From: Candidatus Poribacteria bacterium
GTDB taxonomy: Bacteria; Poribacteria; WGA-4E; WGA-3G
Length of the DNA stretch: 64,000 bases
NCBI GenBank assembly: GCA_963663765.2
Contig: CAXXUA010000013.1
Span: forward strand, 480,001 to 544,000
Reading direction: 5' to 3'
In this document: one piece after another, positions 48,972-58,091 of the stretch
How the letters are laid out: each line of letters opens with the position of its first letter
How positions within the stretch are numbered: position 1 is the stretch's first letter
Notes under the pieces: model-generated
The model's database searches: none
The model's input: only the letters and a program-made list of their open reading frames with translations
Told to the model about the DNA's origin: nothing
Made by a program: the position numbers and the translations under genes

Positions 48972-49125
48972 TTAGTCCCGTAGGGACGATATGTTTTTAG
49001 AAACGAATACCCCCTAGTTCTTTAGTCTCGTAGGGACAATATGTTTATTCTTCTATGTCGTTCCTACGGAACTCAATTGGGGTTGAAAACATTTTCTATA
49101 AACATATCGTCCCTACGGGACTAAA
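48972..49125. repeat. REPIN-like cluster of GTCCCGTAGGGAC palindromes
   Basis: TTTAGTCCCGTAGGGACGATATGTTT ... AAACATATCGTCCCTACGGGACTAAA outer inverted pair plus two internal units. Confidence 0.85.
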
Positions 49126-49522
49126 GACATGGACAAGATGGTATCACATAAAATTAACGACATAGCAAAATATTATCAAAAATATTGAAAACTGAATAAC
49201 CCTGTTATCATAGCGTCTAATTTGAGAATAGAAATGACTATATCAGCAATCTGTCAGAATAATTTATATGCACAATCTGCCAGAATGTGCTACAACTACA
49301 CGCACAATCTGGCAGAATGTCTATTATTGGCGAAGGTATTGAAACTGAATAACCCTGTTAATATTGTTTCCAGGGAGTGTAAAGTTCTTCGCATGGTATT
49401 ATAGGATTCAAATTGCTATATCGGGTTGAAAACCCCTCCTACAAGAAAGTTGCTCCTTAAGTTCACACCAATAGGTATCGCAAACTTAACCCAAGCTACA
49501 TTAAATTTTTGCTGTTTCAATT

Positions 49523-50764
49523 TTATCCTACGCCAACCACAACGCGGTGATACCGTTTTTTACCAGCACGAAGAAGCAATGCATTTTCTTCCAAAAGTCT
49601 TGCATCAACGACAGTATCTATTGCTTTATACTGTTTCTCATTGATGTATGCTCCACCTTGTTGAATTAAACGGCGCGCTTCACTTTTTGATGTGGATAAA
49701 CCGACTTCATGAAACAATTCTATGATTGGAATCCCCGCATTCAGTCTTTCAATTGGGATGTTAGTAGTTGGCATCGCATCAAGATCAGGTCCACCCCCAC
49801 CGAAAGCGGCACGTGAAGTTGCTTGTGCTTTTTCTGCTTCATCTTTACCGTGAGCCAGTTTTGTCGCTTGGTATGCAAGCATCGCTTTTGCTTCTCGTAT
49901 CTCATCATGTTCTAACCTTCCAAGCCGTCTCACTTCATCCATTGGCAAAAAGGTAAAATATGCTAAGAACCGCTCAACATCCCGATCATCAACGTTGATC
50001 CAATACTGATAGAATTGATAGGGTGAAGTGCGGTTAGCATCAAGCCATATTGCCCCCCCAGCAGTTTTTCCCATTTTGGCACCACCAGCAGTTGTAAGAA
50101 GTGGAAAAGTCAACCCATGAACGCGTTCACCCTCAATCCTACGCACCAGATCGACACCTGCCAGAATATTACCCCATTGATCGTCACCACCAAGTTGAAG
50201 GACGCACTGATATTCTTGGAAAAGGGATAAATAATCGTAAGCTTGCAGCAACTGGTAATTGAATTCAAGGAATGAAAGTCCCATTTCACGTTCAAGTCTC
50301 TGTCTATATCCCTCGGCACGTATCATTTCGTTAACGCGGAAATGCTTACCAATATCTCGTAGAAACTCAATGTAATTTAGTGAAAGCAACCATTCTGCGT
50401 TGTTTAAAAAAAGTCCCGCAGTATTATCTAATTCAAGATAACGTTGTAGCTGTTTGAGGATACTTGCACCGTTTTCTTCAACTTCTGCTGCAGAGATCAT
50501 GGGACGCATTTCAGTTTTATCGGATGGGTCACCAATCAACGTAGTACCACCACCGATAATTGCTATCGGTTTATGTCCAGCGCGTTGTAAATGTGCCATC
50601 GCCATAATTGGCACAAGGCTACCAGCATGCAAACTATCTGCAGTCGGATCAAAACCTACATAATAGGTAATCTGTTTGTTTGACAGCAATTGTGAGATGT
50701 TTTCTTCATTAGTACACTGTTGAACGAATCCGCGTTCCTTTAGTGCTTCAAAGACATTTGACAT
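49523..50764 (-). CDS. tyrS: Tyrosine--tRNA ligase
   Basis: YVGFDPTADSLHAG, QLGGDDQWGNI, KMGKT, C-terminal S4 domain. Confidence 0.98.
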   Translation of the reverse strand: MSNVFEALKERGFVQQCTNEENISQLLSNKQITYYVGFDPTADSLHAGSLVPIMAMAHLQRAGHKPIAIIGGGTTLIGDPSDKTEMRPMISAAEVEENGASILKQLQRYLELDNTAGLFLNNAEWLLSLNYIEFLRDIGKHFRVNEMIRAEGYRQRLEREMGLSFLEFNYQLLQAYDYLSLFQEYQCVLQLGGDDQWGNILAGVDLVRRIEGERVHGLTFPLLTTAGGAKMGKTAGGAIWLDANRTSPYQFYQYWINVDDRDVERFLAYFTFLPMDEVRRLGRLEHDEIREAKAMLAYQATKLAHGKDEAEKAQATSRAAFGGGGPDLDAMPTTNIPIERLNAGIPIIELFHEVGLSTSKSEARRLIQQGGAYINEKQYKAIDTVVDARLLEENALLLRAGKKRYHRVVVGVG

Positions 50765-51113
50765 GGATGAATGTTCCTTCCAAGAATATAACCGTTTTTT
50801 AATAAAATACCATAGATGCGTTGGTTTGTCAAATCTGTTTGTTATGGGGTTGTGGGGAAGTGTGACGTTCTTGGCATGATGTAGCCTGTATCACGGATTA
50901 CACCAAATCAAAGACATGAAGACATTTTGGCATTCCCCAAATTACGCAGATTTCGCGGATAAAACCTCTACATCTAATCGTATTCCATAGATAACGTTTA
51001 TTCTATGCAATAAGTTATCATGCAAGTGTCTTATTGATTTTCTAACAACAATATTTGATTATATGGTAAACTACAATTCAAACACTGTGTATCAAACGAA
51101 ATGTATCATGAGA

Positions 51114-52739
51114 ATGTTTGGTTCAATGATGACTTATCCCTTGAATATCTCACAGATTTTGGAGCATGCACATCTTATTCATGCGGATAAACGCGTTTAC
51201 ACATTACTACCCAACAGTAAGGTGCATACTTATACCTACGCACAACTACACCATCGTGTTAAACAACTTGCAAATGCTATGACATCCTTGGGGATTAGCG
51301 GTGGGGATAGGGTCGCAACTTTTGCATCTAACACATTTCAGCACTTAGAACTTTACTACGCCGTCCCGCTTATGGGAGCAGTTGTGCACCCGCTTAATAT
51401 TCGCCTTTCACCAATTCAATTATCAAAGATAGTAAACGAAGCAGATGGCAAACTTATCTTTGTTGACGGTCAATTTTCAGATCAGTTTGCGAAACTTCAA
51501 CAAGAGATTGACTGCAGACATATCGTCTACTTTAATAATAATAGTGAATATTCATTGACTGACCCGTCAATTCATTATGAACAGTTTATAGCTGAAACAC
51601 ATAATGATTGCGTTTCTGAAATACAGGACGAAAATAGTGCGATAGCATTATGTTACACAAGCGGCACAGATGGTGAACCGAAAGGTGTTCTCTACACACA
51701 CCGCTCCATGTTCCTTCATACATTGGCAGTCAACCAAGCAGATGTGTTCGGTATAACCGAAGCAGATGTCGTAATGCCACTTGTTCCGATGTTTCATGCG
51801 ATGGGATGGGGGTTACCTTATGCAGCACTGTTTGCTGGAGCAGATATTGTCCTACATGGGAATAATAATCACAAAATCGTTGACTTAATTGCAGAAACGG
51901 GCGTTACTGTTGCAGCAGGTGTTCCATCTGTATGGTCAAGACTCTATCCTGAATTACAAAAAAGAAAACGTGAAATCTCATCACTACATCGTCTCATTGT
52001 CGGTGGCGAACCGATGTCGCCAACACTCATAGAAGGATACGAGAAAGAACTCGGTATTGAAGTTCGGCACGCATGGGGTATGACCGAAATGTCACCGACT
52101 GGTACGTTCTGTACACTGCGTAAAACACACCAGAATCTTCCTGATGCTGAAAAATGGAATATCAAAGCAATGCAAGGCAGACCTATTACCGGCGTTCAGA
52201 TTCGCATTGTGAATGAAAACTGTGCCGAACTACCTTGGGACGGGAAAACAATCGGGGAGTTACAGGTCAGGAGTCCGTGGACTGCAGGCAGCTACTATAA
52301 GACTAAACCTTCAACTGAGCATTTCACAGAAGATGGTTGGTTACGGACAGGTGATCTTGCTACGATCAACAAGGAAGGCTACATGCACATCGTTGATCGT
52401 GTAAAGGCTATTATCCGCAGTGGTGGTGAATCTATCTCTACTACTGCACTTCAAAGAGTCTTACTAACACACCCACAAGTTGTAGAGGCTGCTGTCATCG
52501 GTGTACCCAATAAAAATTGGGGTGAACGGCCTATTGCTGCTGTTGTTATCGCATCGGATACAAATGAGAATATATCAGAAGTGTTGAAGCGACATCTTGC
52601 TACTGAGTTTCCTAAATTCTGGATACCCGACAGATTTATTATTGTTGATGAAATACCTAAAACGAGTGTAGAAAAAATAGATAAGAATGCTATCAGGCAA
52701 TTGATTGTACCAGAGTTTAATATCGGTTCTAAGGGGTAG
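51114..52739 (+). CDS. Acyl-CoA synthetase (AlkK/DmdB-like medium/long-chain fatty acid-CoA ligase); start approximate
   Basis: YTSGTDGEPKG, PMFHAMGWG, AWGMTE, WLRTGD, PKTSVEK. Confidence 0.9.
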   Translation: MFGSMMTYPLNISQILEHAHLIHADKRVYTLLPNSKVHTYTYAQLHHRVKQLANAMTSLGISGGDRVATFASNTFQHLELYYAVPLMGAVVHPLNIRLSPIQLSKIVNEADGKLIFVDGQFSDQFAKLQQEIDCRHIVYFNNNSEYSLTDPSIHYEQFIAETHNDCVSEIQDENSAIALCYTSGTDGEPKGVLYTHRSMFLHTLAVNQADVFGITEADVVMPLVPMFHAMGWGLPYAALFAGADIVLHGNNNHKIVDLIAETGVTVAAGVPSVWSRLYPELQKRKREISSLHRLIVGGEPMSPTLIEGYEKELGIEVRHAWGMTEMSPTGTFCTLRKTHQNLPDAEKWNIKAMQGRPITGVQIRIVNENCAELPWDGKTIGELQVRSPWTAGSYYKTKPSTEHFTEDGWLRTGDLATINKEGYMHIVDRVKAIIRSGGESISTTALQRVLLTHPQVVEAAVIGVPNKNWGERPIAAVVIASDTNENISEVLKRHLATEFPKFWIPDRFIIVDEIPKTSVEKIDKNAIRQLIVPEFNIGSKG

Positions 52740-52782
52740 TACTCGTGTAATTGCAATTTACAAACTGAAAGGAGTAACCTAA

Positions 52783-53508
52783 ATGTCAAACACGAATTAT
52801 CAATTGAGTGCAGAAGAAACGAATCAATTTCGGAAACAAGGGTTTCTTGGCCCTTACACGTTATGCAGACCAGAAGAGATGCTTAGCATGCAGCCAGAAA
52901 TAGTAGAGATTCTTGAAACAGATGCACCTGACCATAAGAACAGAGTACATAACCGGCATCTTGACTTTCCGTTGATCTATAAACTTGCAACGCATCCTTC
53001 AATCGTAAACAAGATGGCATCACTTTATGGTCCAGATCTTCTTCTGTGGAGGACAAACTTTTTCGTAAAGGAACCTGGGGCAAAAGAAATTCCTTGGCAT
53101 CAAGATTTCAACTATTGGCCGCTTGAACCACCCATTATTATTTCTGCATGGATTGCAGTTGACTCTACCACTTTGGAAAACAGTTGTTTGCAGATTGTGC
53201 CAGGTTCACATCGCAAGGTAATTCCCCATGTCAAAGCTACCTCCGATATGGCGTTTGGTCAGATGGGTGACCTTGATTATATTGATACAAAAAACTATGT
53301 CAATCTTGAGATGCAACCGGGGGAATTCGTGCTATTCAATGAACGCACGTTGCACCATTCGGAGGCAAACCGTTCCGACCAAAGACGCATCGGATTGGCT
53401 GTCCGTGTGATCATACCCATTGTCAAAGTCTTTAATTGGGATTCTCCCAAACATGAGTTGATTGTCATTCACGGTGAAGACCGTGTACAATTTAACAAAA
53501 GGAGTTAA
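52783..53508 (+). CDS. PhyH-family Fe(II)/2-oxoglutarate dioxygenase, copy 1
   Basis: PWHQD, SAWIA, PGSH, LHHS..N....R. Confidence 0.92.
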   Translation: MSNTNYQLSAEETNQFRKQGFLGPYTLCRPEEMLSMQPEIVEILETDAPDHKNRVHNRHLDFPLIYKLATHPSIVNKMASLYGPDLLLWRTNFFVKEPGAKEIPWHQDFNYWPLEPPIIISAWIAVDSTTLENSCLQIVPGSHRKVIPHVKATSDMAFGQMGDLDYIDTKNYVNLEMQPGEFVLFNERTLHHSEANRSDQRRIGLAVRVIIPIVKVFNWDSPKHELIVIHGEDRVQFNKRS

Positions 53509-53509
53509 G

Positions 53510-53611
53510 ATGATTCGTCAGATAACTTTAGCAGCACATCTTATCGGTTATCCAAAGGAATCGGATTTCAAACTTGTTGAAACTTCAATTCCGAACCCAG
53601 AGGATAATTAA
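53510..53611 (+). pseudogene. Truncated 5' duplicate of the downstream NADP-dependent oxidoreductase
   Basis: MIRQITLAAHLIGYPKESDFKLVETSIPNPEDN* matches the start of 54484 (MNRQITLAVRPVGYPKESDFKLVETPIPTPEE). Confidence 0.85.
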
Positions 53612-53733
53612 CAGGACTTACGCAGTTTTCATGCTTTAGTCAAGAATTACGACGAAAATGATGTTATTTTCAGCATTTTTTGGGTTTCCAGCGCGCTTAC
53701 AAAGCACGCCTACCGTTCGGTTCGTAAGTCCTG
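53612..53733. mobile_element. 122-bp MITE (family B), copy 2
   Basis: CAGGACTTACGCA...TTCGTAAGTCCTG; TSD ATTAA (53607-53611, 53734-53738). Confidence 0.9.
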
Positions 53734-53755
53734 ATTAAGTTAAGGAGTAACCAAT

Positions 53756-54481
53756 ATGTCAAACACGAATTATCAATTGACTGTAGAAGAAACAGATCAA
53801 TTTCGGAAACAAGGGTATCTTGGTCCATATACCTTATGCAGTCCAGATGAAATGCTCAACATGCAACCGGAGATTGAAGAGATACTTGAAACAGATCCAC
53901 CTGACAATAAGAGGAGAGTGCATAACCGACATTTTGACTTTCCGTCAGTCTATAATCTCGCAACGCATCCTTCAATTGTTAACCGGATGGTATCTCTTTA
54001 TGGTCCGGATCTTCTACTCTGGCGGACACGTTTTTTTATAAAGGAACCTGGGGCAAAGGAAATTCCTTGGCATCAAGATTTCAACACTATACCGCTTGAA
54101 CCCGCTTTAATTATCTCTGCATGGATAGCAGTTGACCCTGTCACATTGGAAAATAGTTGTTTGCAGTTCGTTCCTGGGTCGCACCGCAAAATAATTCCAC
54201 ACGTTAAAGCTACACGAGACATGGAATTTGGTCATATGGCGGATCCCGATTATATAGATAAAACGGGTTATGTCAATCTTGAGATGCAACCGGGTGAATT
54301 TGTGCTGTTCAATGAACGTACTTTGCACCATTCGGAGGCAAACCGTTCCAATAAAAGACGCATCGGATTAGCTGTCCGGGTGATTATACCAATTGTAAAA
54401 GTCCTTAGATGGGATTCTCCAAAACATAAACTACTCGTCATTCACGGTGAAGACCGCGCACAATTTAACAATAGGAGTTAA
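53756..54481 (+). CDS. PhyH-family dioxygenase, copy 2
   Basis: 241 aa, same length as and highly similar to copy 1. Confidence 0.92.
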   Translation: MSNTNYQLTVEETDQFRKQGYLGPYTLCSPDEMLNMQPEIEEILETDPPDNKRRVHNRHFDFPSVYNLATHPSIVNRMVSLYGPDLLLWRTRFFIKEPGAKEIPWHQDFNTIPLEPALIISAWIAVDPVTLENSCLQFVPGSHRKIIPHVKATRDMEFGHMADPDYIDKTGYVNLEMQPGEFVLFNERTLHHSEANRSNKRRIGLAVRVIIPIVKVLRWDSPKHKLLVIHGEDRAQFNNRS

Positions 54482-54483
54482 TT

Positions 54484-55494
54484 ATGAATCGTCAGATAAC
54501 TTTAGCAGTGCGTCCTGTCGGATATCCAAAGGAATCGGATTTCAAACTTGTTGAAACCCCAATTCCAACCCCTGAGGAAGGTCAAGTACTTGTAAAGACT
54601 CTATACCTGTCCGTTGATCCATATATGCGTGGACGTATGAACCAATCCCGCTCCTACGCACCAAATGTTGAACACAACGAAGTTATGGTCGGCGGTGTGA
54701 TCGCGCAGGTGGTTGAGTCAAAACATTCCGAATTTGAGATTGGAGACATCGTTAACGCACATATCGGTTGGCAGGAATACGGTGTTGCAAAAGGAGAAGA
54801 ATTACGCAAGATAGATCCCACTCTTGCACCAATATCCACAGGTGTCGGCATTCTGGGTATGCCAGGATTGACAGCTTACTTTGGTTTGCTGGAGGTAGGT
54901 CAACTCAAAGAGAGTGAAACCGTTTTCGTATCAGGTGCAGCGGGTGCGGTTGGTTCAGTCGTTGGGCAAATTGCAAAAATCAAAGGATGTCGGGTCGTCG
55001 GTTCTGCTGGCACTGATGAAAAGATCAAATTTGTCCTTGACGACCTTGGATTTGATGCAGCGTTTAACTATAAAAACGTCACAGATTATCACGCAAAGTT
55101 AGCTGAACTCTGTCCTGATGGGATTGACGTTTATTTTGACAATGTTGGTGGTCCAATTACAGATGCGGTCTTCCCTAACCTTAGAATCAAAGGACGCGTG
55201 GTCATCTGTGGACAGATTTCACAATATAACTTGGAAAAACCTGAGACAGGTCCACGGTTTTTGTGGCATCTCATTACAAAACGCGCGAGGATAGAGGGTT
55301 TCCTCGTCTTTGATTTTGTGGAAAGACATCCACAAGCACTCAAACAGATGGCTGAATGGTTACAACAAGGCAAGTTAATATACCGTGAAACCATTACTGA
55401 AGGCGATATTGAAAAAGCACCAGCAGCATTTATCAGTATGCTGAAAGGTGGAAATATCGGGAAACAATTGGTCAAGGTTGCAGAACCAAACTGA
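54484..55494 (+). CDS. NADP-dependent alkenal/prostaglandin reductase-like oxidoreductase (CurA/YncB family)
   Basis: LSVDPYMRGRM, GMPGLTAYFGL, VSGAAGAVG, YFDNVGG, CGQISQYN. Confidence 0.92.
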   Translation: MNRQITLAVRPVGYPKESDFKLVETPIPTPEEGQVLVKTLYLSVDPYMRGRMNQSRSYAPNVEHNEVMVGGVIAQVVESKHSEFEIGDIVNAHIGWQEYGVAKGEELRKIDPTLAPISTGVGILGMPGLTAYFGLLEVGQLKESETVFVSGAAGAVGSVVGQIAKIKGCRVVGSAGTDEKIKFVLDDLGFDAAFNYKNVTDYHAKLAELCPDGIDVYFDNVGGPITDAVFPNLRIKGRVVICGQISQYNLEKPETGPRFLWHLITKRARIEGFLVFDFVERHPQALKQMAEWLQQGKLIYRETITEGDIEKAPAAFISMLKGGNIGKQLVKVAEPN

Positions 55495-55501
55495 TTTCTG
55501 T

Positions 55502-56446
55502 TTAATACCCCTTCTGTTTGTCTATCACACTCAAAAGCGGTTTACCAACGAGGAAACGTTCCAGATTATCACAGAAAAGATCAACCGTTCTATCCATCCG
55601 AATCGGTGAACCGCCTGCAACATGGGGAGTGATAATCACATTGGACATATCCCACAGTAAACTATCGGATGGTAATGGTTCAACGGGTGTGACATCTAAT
55701 CCTGCACCTCCGATACGACCTTCACTTAATGCACGCAACAGTGCTTGTTCATCTACGATTTTACCTCTTGTCACGTTTATTAACAATGCGTGCGACTGCA
55801 TCCGTTGAAATGTTTCGTCATCAAACATGCCGTGCGTGTCAGGTGTCAGAGGTGCACAGATACAAACGATATCGGACTGTGCAATTAGATCGTAAAACCT
55901 ATCCATCTTCCAAATATTATGAACGAAGGTCGGTGCGTCAACGGTTTCGGGATCAACTGCTATTACCCGCATATCAAAACCTTGTGCCCGACGCGCCACC
56001 TCAATTCCCGTTCCACCCAAACCGACAATACCGAGAGTTTTTTTGCATAACTCCCAGGTTTCAAGACGAATTGACATCTTGTTATCCCAGGTCCGTTCTC
56101 TAACTGAACGACCGATACCGCGAATTAATCCAAGAATCAATGCCCACGCTTGATCAGCCAGATGTGTTCCAACATAACCTTTAGCACTTGTTAATATTAC
56201 ATCGCTATTTACAAATTCAGGGAACAGAATGCCATCAACACCTGCTGCCCAAACTTGTACCCACTTCAGTTGCTTAGCGTTTTCAAAAAGTTTGCGGTTA
56301 AAACCTCCGAATACAATATCTGTATCAACTATCTCGTTCATCACTTCAGTTGAATTCTTAGGGGTAATAATACTAATGGATTCAGAGATACGTTGAATAT
56401 TCTGAACTTGCTGAGGTGTGATACTTGCGTTAATCATTATTTTCAT
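55502..56446 (-). CDS. D-2-hydroxyacid dehydrogenase
   Basis: GIVGLGGTG, INVTRG, LDVTPVEP, TPHVAG; start moved to MKIMIN after SD GGAGA. Confidence 0.9.
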   Translation of the reverse strand: MKIMINASITPQQVQNIQRISESISIITPKNSTEVMNEIVDTDIVFGGFNRKLFENAKQLKWVQVWAAGVDGILFPEFVNSDVILTSAKGYVGTHLADQAWALILGLIRGIGRSVRERTWDNKMSIRLETWELCKKTLGIVGLGGTGIEVARRAQGFDMRVIAVDPETVDAPTFVHNIWKMDRFYDLIAQSDIVCICAPLTPDTHGMFDDETFQRMQSHALLINVTRGKIVDEQALLRALSEGRIGGAGLDVTPVEPLPSDSLLWDMSNVIITPHVAGGSPIRMDRTVDLFCDNLERFLVGKPLLSVIDKQKGY

Positions 56447-56526
56447 GTTGACATGTTCTCCATTTGGTGTTATTCTATATGAAAACATATTATTACATAA
56501 TTTTTTCTCAGAAGGAGGAATTAATT

Positions 56527-57036
56527 TTGGCGTTTATTACTATAAATCATTTATGTTCTGTTTGTCTCACGGTTTTTGCTATCTGTCTAATAATCACAGC
56601 GAGTTTCATAATGGGTTGTGGGGATGAAGGTGATTCAGACACTGATGACAATGGTGCTTCTATGACTGACATGGTGATGGGTGATGATATGACTGATGGA
56701 GATATGTCTACTGATCCAGATCCACCGGTTGAAGAGCCCGTTTCAACAGTTTCATATCAGGATGATATTTTACCAATCCTGAGTGAAAGTTGTGCTGTTG
56801 CTGGATGTCACACCGCGCCCGTCCAAGGTGGACTCAACCTATCAAGTTATGATACCTTCCAAACCGGAGGAGTTAGTGGTGCAGCTTTTGTAGCAAACGA
56901 TGGAAAAGGCAGCCTAATAGTTAAACGAATTGACGGTTCTCAGGCACCTCAAATGCCTCCGGGCGGAAACCCTTTAAACGGGGAACAGATACAACTCTTT
57001 ATTGATTGGATTGATGAAGGTGCAGAAAACAACTAA
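56527..57036 (+). CDS. Lipoprotein with planctomycete-type cytochrome c domain
   Basis: SD AAGGAGG then TTG; lipobox IMGC; acidic linker; VSY.DILPIL..CAVAGCH, GGLNL, MPP, WIDEGA. Confidence 0.75.
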   Translation: MAFITINHLCSVCLTVFAICLIITASFIMGCGDEGDSDTDDNGASMTDMVMGDDMTDGDMSTDPDPPVEEPVSTVSYQDDILPILSESCAVAGCHTAPVQGGLNLSSYDTFQTGGVSGAAFVANDGKGSLIVKRIDGSQAPQMPPGGNPLNGEQIQLFIDWIDEGAENN

Positions 57037-57219
57037 TACTCATCTATATGCTTTTTTATAGGAAGAAATTCTTACCCCACTTTTGATCAGTCTTGATATA
57101 ACATATCACTGTCCTATATTTGTGTCAATATGGATTTTATAATCTTTAGCGTTTATGTTGTTAGAACATAATAAAATGATAATCTTACTATAAACTAACG
57201 GACATACAGGAGAATTGCA

Positions 57220-57993
57220 ATGGAAATTGTAGCACTTGGGAAAACCGGTTTAGATGTTTCACGGCTTTCAATTGGCACAGGTTCAAACGGTTGGAATGGA
57301 CGTTCAAATCAAACAGATTTGGGATTTGAAGGGTTGCGCGATTTACTACTGTTTGCTCATGAAAATGGGGTAACCTTTTGGGATTCTGCTGATCAGTATG
57401 GAAGCCATCCACACATCAAAGAAACCCTTAAACATGTTCCACGTAGCAGTGTAACTATTACCACAAAGACGGTTTCCCGTACACGTGAAACTGTTGAAGC
57501 AGATGTTAAAAGGTTCCTCAAAGAAATCGGATCTGACTATGTTGATATTGTTTTGCTTCACTGTCTTACACAGGTAGATTGGCCAAGGCGGTATCCGGAT
57601 GCGATGGAAGCCCTTACCCGTTGTAAAGAACAGGGGTTAATTCGCGCGCACGGTGTCTCATGTCACGATTTTGGTGCCTTCCAGACATCCGCTATGACCG
57701 ATTGGGTTGAGGTGGTGTTGGCACGTATAAACCACGCGGGTGTTTCTATGGACGCATCGCCTGCCGATGTCATCCGAACAATGGAACAGATGGCTCATGT
57801 TGGTAAGGGTATTTACGGTATGAAGGTCTTAGGTATGGGGAAATTGGCAAAAGATGCTGAAAGACAACGCGAGGCAATTGAATTTGTCATGGGTCTGCCG
57901 TGTGTTCATGCGATGACAATGGGAATGACCTCTCGTGCAGAAGTTGAAGCAAACGTAGCCGTTGTAAACGAATTATCGGAGAATGGTATATAA
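57220..57993 (+). CDS. Aldo/keto reductase
   Basis: LGKTGLDVSRL, WDSADQYG, DYVDIVLLH, GVSCH. Confidence 0.9.
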   Translation: MEIVALGKTGLDVSRLSIGTGSNGWNGRSNQTDLGFEGLRDLLLFAHENGVTFWDSADQYGSHPHIKETLKHVPRSSVTITTKTVSRTRETVEADVKRFLKEIGSDYVDIVLLHCLTQVDWPRRYPDAMEALTRCKEQGLIRAHGVSCHDFGAFQTSAMTDWVEVVLARINHAGVSMDASPADVIRTMEQMAHVGKGIYGMKVLGMGKLAKDAERQREAIEFVMGLPCVHAMTMGMTSRAEVEANVAVVNELSENGI

Positions 57994-58091
57994 CAAATCT
58001 GTACTTATTTTAGCGCGAGTTGTCTGTCTTGATGCTCAAGGTAGGTGCTCGCGCTGTTTATTATAGCAATCTGTTAAAATGAGAGAAATAC

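Noticed and set aside
48972-49320. Possible CRISPR mini-array
   Set aside because: Units are short, partly inverted and irregularly spaced, with no cas genes; REP-like instead
50765-51060. T-box riboswitch upstream of tyrS
   Set aside because: No GGTGGNACCGCG T-box motif or terminator found on the - strand
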